From positions 8,769-72,768 of the forward strand of contig JAFNIV010000003.1 of assembly GCA_017601145.1 (NCBI GenBank): a DNA stretch of 64,000 nt, given 5' to 3'. Under the pieces are notes generated by a model, which did no database searches, had not been told where the DNA came from, and was given only the letters and a program-made list of their open reading frames with translations. The translations under genes were made by a program, and so were the position numbers. The number at the start of each line of letters is the position of its first letter. The stretch's first letter is position 1. Shown in pieces: positions 57,956-64,000 of this stretch. Source of the stretch: Candidatus Brockarchaeota archaeon (lineage in GTDB: Archaea; Thermoproteota; EX4484-205; JAAOZO01).

Positions 57956-58105
57956 AGCCTCTAATAGATATATAGCCCATAATCCATTTGCTGAACTGCT
58001 CTTCTTACCTAAGTTTGGAGCCTTATTCCAGCTTTTGGACATCTATCTGCATTTGAGCAACTCGCTCAGATTATATAAATTCAAACCTCTATTTATGCTT
58101 ATGAC

Positions 58106-58141
58106 AATTCATACAGAGTTAAAGCCATAGGCTTTCTTGCC
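58106..58141 (+). repeat. hairpin-containing repeat, copy B (AATTCAT..AGTTAAAGCCATAGGCTTTCTTGCC)
   Basis: See copy A. Here the stem is a perfect AAAGCC-ATA-GGCTTT. Confidence 0.6.
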
Positions 58142-58212
58142 GAATCCCACGCGATGATAATGCAAATGACTTTTAAGATTGTTTTCAGTATGCATAAAAA
58201 ATTTATTATACT

Positions 58213-59026
58213 CTAACCAATAACACTATTGTTTGAGGCCCAATTTGGAGTGCCAACGCTCTTAATTTTTCCATGCAGTAAAAGGGAGAATAAATTATCG
58301 TCATGTCTCTGTTTTAAAACATAAACATGTTGTGTAAATCCTTCACAACTCCCAGTCCAAGGCAGAATAGGGATTATTTCAGATGATCCATCCTCGTAAT
58401 CTACTTTAACTCCGGCGGAGAACACTTCCCACCTCGGATACAGGCGGATTACTGTAAAAGCATTCGTGTAGTCGAAGTACCGTTGAAGCAAGGTAGGTGA
58501 AGGTTACTCCTCTAAACACTATTTTCGTACCATTTTCTAGCATGTTCGTCGTTACCAGTAAGTATCTGAATTTTATGCCTTCCACAGTGACAAAACCTTC
58601 TGAAAGATCTAGGTTTTCGTAGAGTGGTATTTGTCTGGATACGACCTGGTAGAGCTCTAGGATTATCGTGGCCGAAAGCAGAACAACGATTAAAGCTAAG
58701 CTTAGAATCTTAAGTATCTTGTTCTTCCAAAACCCTACTGGTTTTGTCATGCTCATCTGTTCTACGAGCTGTGCAAACCGTAAAACTTCTCTCGCATCAT
58801 CACTCAACACATACCTTCCATAAGCGTCTTGCTTAACCATGCTACCCAGCCTCTCTAGGTGATACTGTAGATGACCGCTGCTCTCCATTTCAAGAGTCCT
58901 TTTAAGCTCAGAGAAACCCATAGGTCCCTGTTGAAGCATTTTCAATATTCTTATTCTTACAGGATGCGCAAGAGTGTCAAATAGTTCAGCTCTTCTCATA
59001 GAATCATCCTTTTCAGTACCTTCCAT
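58213..59026 (-). pseudogene. ArsR-type wHTH + TM + extracytoplasmic domain protein, apparently split by one frameshift near 58490
   Basis: LAHPVRIRILKMLQQGPMGFSELKRTL..SSGHLQYHLERL wHTH, then TM ILSLALIVVLLSATIILEL. The second ORF (58213-58491) continues the beta-rich domain in the +1 frame with an 86-nt overlap. Confidence 0.5.
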
Positions 59027-59746
59027 CGATTCTAGTATATCTCTTGTAACAATTTAAGTTTTTTTAAGTCTATAAGTCTAGACAAGCAGAATGTATTATA
59101 CTAAATTTCTAGATCTAATGAAGAATTATATATTGCATTTTAAACATTCTATTTTGATGCAAGGAACTTTTTTCAAAATCTAATTTTGATAATTTAAAGA
59201 AAAAAGCCTATCACTCTTCTTGCCACTGTTACTGCTTAATCTTCAACCTTCTGAGAAACTGATGGAGATCTCTCCATATTACTGCCTTGGATAGTTTAGT
59301 TAGAGGCGGAATAGTAGTTAACAATCTTTTACCTTTCGGAGCTAAAAAATCCGAGATTTTTGGGAAGAAAAACTTCGTTGCTAAAGACAGAATGGATTGG
59401 AGAAAACCAAATTATCATTTTGATGTCTGAGTTAAGAAATATTTCGATGCCTTGAATTTTGGTACAATAAATCTATGTCGAAAATTTTAGAATAACTAAT
59501 ACACTAAATAACACTAATTTGTTGATTCATTAAGTTAGTGCCTTGGGAGTGACTTTCACCACTGGAGAAAAATTCTCCAATGGGTTTTAAACTCATTCTG
59601 TCTTCTAATTCCAGTATCAAGCAAGTTTTTAAGGTATCACATACAACGCTTTTGCAGAACGTTATCTTTCTACTTGGCTACGGCCCAAAAATTTTATCTG
59701 GTTATTACAGCATTCTTACTTTAAAAAAATCAAACGATGGAGGTTA

Positions 59747-59821
59747 TGCGGCGCCCGGGATTTGAACCCGGGATTACCAGCTTGGAAGGCTGGTGTCCTA
59801 ACCAGGCTAGACCAGCGCCGC
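59747..59821 (-). tRNA. tRNA-Gly (anticodon UCC), 75 nt, no intron
   Basis: GCGGCGC/GCGCCGC acceptor, CCAGC-CTTCCAA-GCTGG anticodon arm, CCGGG-TTCAAAT-CCCGG T-arm. Confidence 0.9.
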
Positions 59822-59856
59822 CGTCTCCTTAATAGAGATGGTGGTTAATAAAAGTT

Positions 59857-60771
59857 TTAGTCCTCCTCTTTAAGCTCATCTATAGTTTTTATCAGTTGAA
59901 GCTTCTCTATGTGCTCCGGCTTCCTAGAGCCTATTTCCTCTATGAATTTCAGGTGGTCCTCTGCAGGAATAGTAAAACTATGTAGATCGCGCCATCCTGG
60001 TTTCCTGTGGTCTGTGCGGATCTCGTGAGGATGAAATCCTAAGTCTATGAACATCTGTCTCACTTCTTCCAGTCCCTCCTTGTATGTTGAGTAGATGCGA
60101 ATATTATGAGCGCGTCCTCCTTCCGTCATGGAGATATTTCCGTCGCCAGAGAAGAAACCCCTTAAGTATGCTCTTTTCCCCTCTTCGTCTAAATGGTCCA
60201 CAGGCGGATGAAACTCAAAGTCCTCTGGTCCCTTAATGCCCAGATCTGCTAAATCGTAAGCTATCTTCTTGCTGTATATCCTTGGCTTATGATATGCTTT
60301 CTCCCCTTCTCCCGTTTCTTCAAAACGAATGTAATCGCGAGCAGTTTCGTGATAGACTTCTCCAATTAAGTTAATGAAAAGTTCAGCGAGTTCCCTATCC
60401 TCACTATCGAAATAAACCTCATATATGCCTTTCTCACTATTAATGTAAATTCCACCGTCAGAAGCTATTAGACCACATAACTCTGCTTTTTCTGGAGCAA
60501 GTATTTCTCTAACTTTTCTCTCTAAAATTTCCAAGCTCATTCCTTTACTAAGCTTGAAAATGATCCTGCCTTCTTCAACCTTGGCTTCAGAAAAGATTCC
60601 GATAACTTCACTGCCTTTAAGCAGTTCATATCCGCCGCCCTCGGCTTCACGAACCTCATATTTCTCAAAAGTCCTTAAGACATGAAAAGACTCTTCTTCT
60701 CTCTCCCCTCGTACTTGTTCTCCCTCATAAAACCTTCTTTCATACTGCTTAACCCTAGAACCCCCGCCCAT
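59857..60771 (-). CDS. free-standing double-motif LAGLIDADG endonuclease-like protein with ~95 aa N-terminal extension
   Basis: Motifs LCGLIASDGGIY and YLRGFFSGDGNIS about 110 aa apart. The ATG directly abuts the stop of the upstream gene. Confidence 0.75.
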   Translation of the reverse strand: MGGGSRVKQYERRFYEGEQVRGEREEESFHVLRTFEKYEVREAEGGGYELLKGSEVIGIFSEAKVEEGRIIFKLSKGMSLEILERKVREILAPEKAELCGLIASDGGIYINSEKGIYEVYFDSEDRELAELFINLIGEVYHETARDYIRFEETGEGEKAYHKPRIYSKKIAYDLADLGIKGPEDFEFHPPVDHLDEEGKRAYLRGFFSGDGNISMTEGGRAHNIRIYSTYKEGLEEVRQMFIDLGFHPHEIRTDHRKPGWRDLHSFTIPAEDHLKFIEEIGSRKPEHIEKLQLIKTIDELKEED

Positions 60772-61869
60772 TTATCTTCCTCTCTTTAAAGCTTCATTCA
60801 TGTCGAGCAGATTGTGGAGAGCAAGTGTCTTGAGACCCAGCTCCTTATCGCTTAGCATCAGGTCGATCAATTCCTGCGGCATCATCCCTCCACATGCTTC
60901 ACAAGTGCACTCCTCAAATCTGATTTCTGGATCTTTGAAGCTGTGCAATTTTCCTCCTTTAAAGTAGTGTCCTTGTTTAGCCTCTAGGAACCAGGAGAGG
61001 TTGCTGTAGCTATTTATCTCCTTATGCCTAAGCCTGTGGCCAACGCCATAGATCAGCAACTCAAGATCCCTTCTTGTCCTTTTCGAGACCCGTCGAAGGC
61101 TCATAATGGCCCCAGGTAAAAGGTCTTCGAGCAGGTTATCCTCCAACAGTTCCCTCGCGGGCATAGCGAACGAAACGTAGCCCATCTCAACCTGCTTCTT
61201 GATGGCCCAGTCGATTTGAAGGTGGTTAGCGCCCTTAACCATGCCTATCAATGGAATATCTAGCTTGAGGAAGTCATTCGCAAAGGAAATAAGTTTAACC
61301 GTCTGAGACCAAGATAGAAAAAGCGGGTCATCGACATATGTGTAGTTGTCAGGTATTATCGTAGCGTCAGGTCTAAGGTCGTTAATCAGCTTGAAGTAAT
61401 CCTCTAGCCTAAGCTTATCGATAAGCTCATCAGGCATAACCATAGACAGGAAAATCCTTCCGTTAAACCCTAAGAAGTCATGCAGGCCTTTTGAGGAGAC
61501 TTCTGCAAGGAGGGTTTCGTTAACCAGTAGTTGCCAAAGAGGAACAAATATTTCTGGCAATTCTACTCCATGCCTCCAGAACCACGACTTTTTATCACTG
61601 ATATCGATTTGAGGAATGAATCTTTCAAAACCGATTTTGGCCATAGACTTTTCGCTTAATGAAGACATTTGCACAGAGGGTCTATTTGCTGTTTTAATCG
61701 GGCAATAAGGCCTGAGCCTGCAGAAGGACTTGGGATAGGTTATTCCAGTATATTGGAAACCCCTCTGGCATTGTGCTACGAGGCACATTTTAAAGGAGCA
61801 GCCGCGGCAGAGCTTATGAAAATACGGGCATCCCTTGCAATCAAAGCCGCACCATCCTTTTCTAGGCAT
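60772..61869 (-). CDS. TGT (tRNA-guanine transglycosylase)-fold paralogue with Cys-rich N-terminal extension
   Basis: Block-wise similarity to tgtA of this window (LHDFLGFNGRIF, PLIGMVKGAN, LLIYGVGH, CTCEAC..ALHNL). 9 Cys in the first 56 aa, incl. CGFDCKGC. Confidence 0.65.
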   Translation of the reverse strand: MPRKGWCGFDCKGCPYFHKLCRGCSFKMCLVAQCQRGFQYTGITYPKSFCRLRPYCPIKTANRPSVQMSSLSEKSMAKIGFERFIPQIDISDKKSWFWRHGVELPEIFVPLWQLLVNETLLAEVSSKGLHDFLGFNGRIFLSMVMPDELIDKLRLEDYFKLINDLRPDATIIPDNYTYVDDPLFLSWSQTVKLISFANDFLKLDIPLIGMVKGANHLQIDWAIKKQVEMGYVSFAMPARELLEDNLLEDLLPGAIMSLRRVSKRTRRDLELLIYGVGHRLRHKEINSYSNLSWFLEAKQGHYFKGGKLHSFKDPEIRFEECTCEACGGMMPQELIDLMLSDKELGLKTLALHNLLDMNEALKRGR

Positions 61870-61980
61870 ACTACTTTAAAAATCGAGCTAGAATAAAAAC
61901 TCTTTTCTTATGTACTCCAGAATAATTGTAGCATCAGTATCGGAGCATATAAATAGGTCTTACTCGAATAGAATTGGTGA

Positions 61981-62676
61981 ATGAACACAAGGGAAGGGGA
62001 GGGAAGGGAGCAAGGTGTTACTGTCTGGTATTGGGGTGAGGAATTCAAGGATGTGGGAAGGAATTGTGAGAAGTATGTTAGCAAAAGGTGGAGTGAAAGC
62101 GTTAAAGAATGCGGCGTTTGGATTCTGGCAAGAGAGAGAAAGGAGGGGATTATCTATACTGTCACCGCATTTGTAAGCAGTCCTAAGGGTATTGATAATC
62201 TGGCTCAACACCTATTCGACGTGACACTCCTTCAGGGAAGTACCAAAGTGGATTTCGTTGTGGTTCAATTGACTGATTCCGTCTCCTCGGCCAGCATGCA
62301 GTATCGGGATCCGATGGAAAAAGTGGAAAGCGAACTAGAGGAACTGATGAAAAAAATCGCTGAGAAGTTTGGCGAGGATCCTAGGGTTAGGGAAGCTATG
62401 AAAGGTAAAAAGGTAGTATTCATTCCAGAGATCTGTCTACTTTGCGAATTGGAATCCCATCGTGCCAGCAAGATACTTATCGAAGTTGTTCATCACTTTT
62501 TCTCGAATATAAAGGAGTTTCTAGATTCTTTAACCAATAATTTGATAAAGGAAGGTCTGGCAGAACGGGTCTTGGGCTATAAGTTAAATGTAAGCGTTGA
62601 CGATCTTGAGATCGAGGACGTGGAAGCTTGGAAGGATGAGGTTCACGTCTGGCTAAGTATAAGAATAAACTACTAA
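61981..62676 (+). CDS. hypothetical protein (231 aa), divergent from the TGT-like gene
   Basis: Island-like codon usage. No family recognised. Start uncertain. Confidence 0.4.
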   Translation: MNTREGEGREQGVTVWYWGEEFKDVGRNCEKYVSKRWSESVKECGVWILARERKEGIIYTVTAFVSSPKGIDNLAQHLFDVTLLQGSTKVDFVVVQLTDSVSSASMQYRDPMEKVESELEELMKKIAEKFGEDPRVREAMKGKKVVFIPEICLLCELESHRASKILIEVVHHFFSNIKEFLDSLTNNLIKEGLAERVLGYKLNVSVDDLEIEDVEAWKDEVHVWLSIRINY

Positions 62677-62805
62677 AAACAATCTTCAATAAACTTCAAG
62701 ACATCAAGTAGATAATTCTTCAACGAAAAAAATATAAGGTGACTCAGCTATAAACTTGTATGAAGTACAACGTCAATTTAGTCAAGTTGGGGGCTTCAAG
62801 TTTCC

Positions 62806-62937
62806 ATGAAATACGATGAAGAGAGCGAGCAATCACTAGCTCAAAATCCATATGTGAATATAAAGTCAATAGAAGCTACACTTGTTGCGCTCACTTTTTG
62901 TTTAGTTATAGTTAGTTTTACAGAGAAATTACGATGA
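62806..62937 (+). CDS. 43 aa tail-anchored membrane protein (below ORF-track cutoff)
   Basis: MKYDEESEQSLAQNPYVNIKSIEATLVALTFCLVIVSFTEKLR. Its TGA overlaps the Rpp21 ATG (ATGA). Sec61-beta-like layout, but not demonstrable. Confidence 0.3.
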   Translation: MKYDEESEQSLAQNPYVNIKSIEATLVALTFCLVIVSFTEKLR

Positions 62938-63248
62938 AGAAAGGAAAGAAGGAACTCCAAAAAATCGCTAAAAAAAGAATAAAGAATTTAATTAACTTTG
63001 TCATAAACAACAGTGAGATAAATTATGAGGACAGAAAAAAAGTTTTAGAACTATGTCTTAAGATTTGGAAAAAATATAACTTAAGAAACTTCTCTGTTTT
63101 TAAAAGATACTTTTATTGTAAAAACTGTAAAGAACTTATTATACCAGGAGAAACTGCAAGAATAAGAATTAGAGGAAATAAAAAGAAGTACATAACAATA
63201 AGATGTCTAAACTGTAACCAAAACAGAAGAATACCCCTTTCAAAATGA
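62934..63248 (+). CDS. rnp4: RNase P protein component 4 (Rpp21/Rpr2 family)
   Basis: Basic helical N-terminus plus zinc ribbon CKNC...CLNC. 104 aa. Confidence 0.75.
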   Translation: MKKGKKELQKIAKKRIKNLINFVINNSEINYEDRKKVLELCLKIWKKYNLRNFSVFKRYFYCKNCKELIIPGETARIRIRGNKKKYITIRCLNCNQNRRIPLSK

Positions 63249-63469
63249 ATTTTAAAAGTCAGGTTTTCGCTTAACATGATAAAAAGCTTCTGATAAGCTT
63301 AACATTCTATTGGAAAAAAGTATTAAGAGTTTTAATTATTAGAAAGTTACCGTCCTTTAAGTAAAAGTTATTACTTGATAAAGTAAAATATTAATGACAA
63401 AAATATAATGCAAGAATAAGATAGAGACAAGTATATAAATATGTACTTATTCTAGTTTTCTAGAAAAAC

Positions 63470-64000
63470 TTGAGCAGTAGTGAGTTTATTAAATGCGAGG
63501 TATGTGGAGCGCCAATTCACTCTTACTATAAGTTTTGCCCAAATTGTGGAGCACCGGTAAAGAGCACAATAGTTAGTAGAAGAGTTCCAACTGGCGTCCC
63601 AGAACTAGATAAGATTACTGAAGGTGGCTTTGAAAAAGGAAAAACATACTTAGTAGCAGGAGAAACTGGAACTGGAAAAACAATATTTTCTCTTCAGTTC
63701 TTAATTCATGGCGCTAAGAATTCTGAACCTGGAATTTATGTAACTATTGATGAAAGACCTGAAGCATTAATTGCAGACACACGAAGATTTGGGTGGGACT
63801 TACAGCAGCTGGTTGCTGAAAGAAAGTTGGTAATAGTTCCAGTTAGGCAATATTTTGCAGCTAAAATGTGGGGAAAGGAAATGGATGTAATAGTAAAGAA
63901 TATTGTCAGTGAACTTTCAAAAATTCAGAAAACAATAAATGCAAAAAGGTTAGTTATAGATCCAGTTGCACCTCTAGTTACTATGAGCACCACTGAAGTT
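63470..64000 (+). CDS. KaiC-like RecA-superfamily ATPase with N-terminal zinc ribbon (3' end outside window)
   Basis: TTG start after the stop at 63461. CEVC..CPNC ribbon. VPTGVPELDKITEGGFEKGKTYLVAGETGTGKT. Open to the window end. Not in the ORF track. Confidence 0.75.
   Translation, partial: MSSSEFIKCEVCGAPIHSYYKFCPNCGAPVKSTIVSRRVPTGVPELDKITEGGFEKGKTYLVAGETGTGKTIFSLQFLIHGAKNSEPGIYVTIDERPEALIADTRRFGWDLQQLVAERKLVIVPVRQYFAAKMWGKEMDVIVKNIVSELSKIQKTINAKRLVIDPVAPLVTMSTTEV

Larger units (their letters stand above)
56366..62690. mobile_element. GC-rich block III (two GC-rich parts split by an AT-rich 0.7 kb spacer and tRNA-Gly); borders approximate
   Basis: Composition shift. ABC remnant, frameshifted ArsR-type gene, repeat copy B, LAGLIDADG and TGT-like genes. 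No integrase seen. Confidence 0.4.

Noticed and set aside
57751-57957. Plus-strand ORF of 68 aa after the URO-D-like gene
   Set aside because: The opposite strand carries recognisable ABC ATPase relic segments. The plus-strand frame is leucine/serine-rich without motifs.
59203-59224. Possible third copy of the hairpin repeat (AAAGCC TATCACTC TTCTTGCC)
   Set aside because: Only the 6-nt and 8-nt flanks match. The spacer length differs by one, the central part cannot form the hairpin, and the upstream AATTCAT is absent.
59283-59370. tRNA-like D-arm string GGATAGTTTAGTTAGAGG and a TCGGA..TCCGA hairpin
   Set aside because: No acceptor stem, anticodon arm or T-loop consensus can be assembled, so no cloverleaf.

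Overview
Archaeal chromosome fragment with a strongly AT-rich, tightly packed backbone: many short gene overlaps, frequent TTG/GTG starts, and GC-rich intron-less tRNAs without encoded CCA. The backbone carries core genes: an SMC-type ATPase with two partner genes, Lhr-type helicase, PEP synthase, two Sm-like proteins, DUF460, Rio2, Cdc48, an Hjc-like resolvase, dCTP deaminase, ArgRS bracketed by two tRNA-Arg genes, TIM, ABCE1, r-proteins S17e/L38e/L40e, thermosome and a Fap7-type kinase. It also carries a type IV pilus-like operon ending in a HerA/VirB4-like membrane ATPase, a TFB core paralogue, a beta-CASP nuclease, archaeosine TGT, AspRS, RadA, Rpp21 and a KaiC-like ATPase. The backbone is interrupted three times (about 29.5-32.4 kb, 45.9-52.4 kb, 56.4-62.7 kb) by blocks that are visibly more GC-rich by eye. 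The first two end at the 3' ends of minus-strand tRNA genes (a three-intron tRNA-Glu and tRNA-Val); the third has tRNA-Gly embedded in it. These blocks contain every pseudogene I could find: two integrase N-terminal remnants, a family B polymerase tail, DUF72, ParB-like and ABC remnants, and a frameshifted ArsR-type gene. They also carry intact cargo: an FN3/beta-propeller surface protein, a P-type ATPase with an AbrB-type regulator, and a URO-D-like protein. The most unusual candidate system is on the third block: a TGT-fold paralogue with a Cys-rich N-terminus whose stop codon abuts the start of a free-standing LAGLIDADG endonuclease gene. No rRNA, CRISPR array or intact IS element was seen. 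All calls rest on motif recognition by eye and recalled family knowledge; no searches were run.
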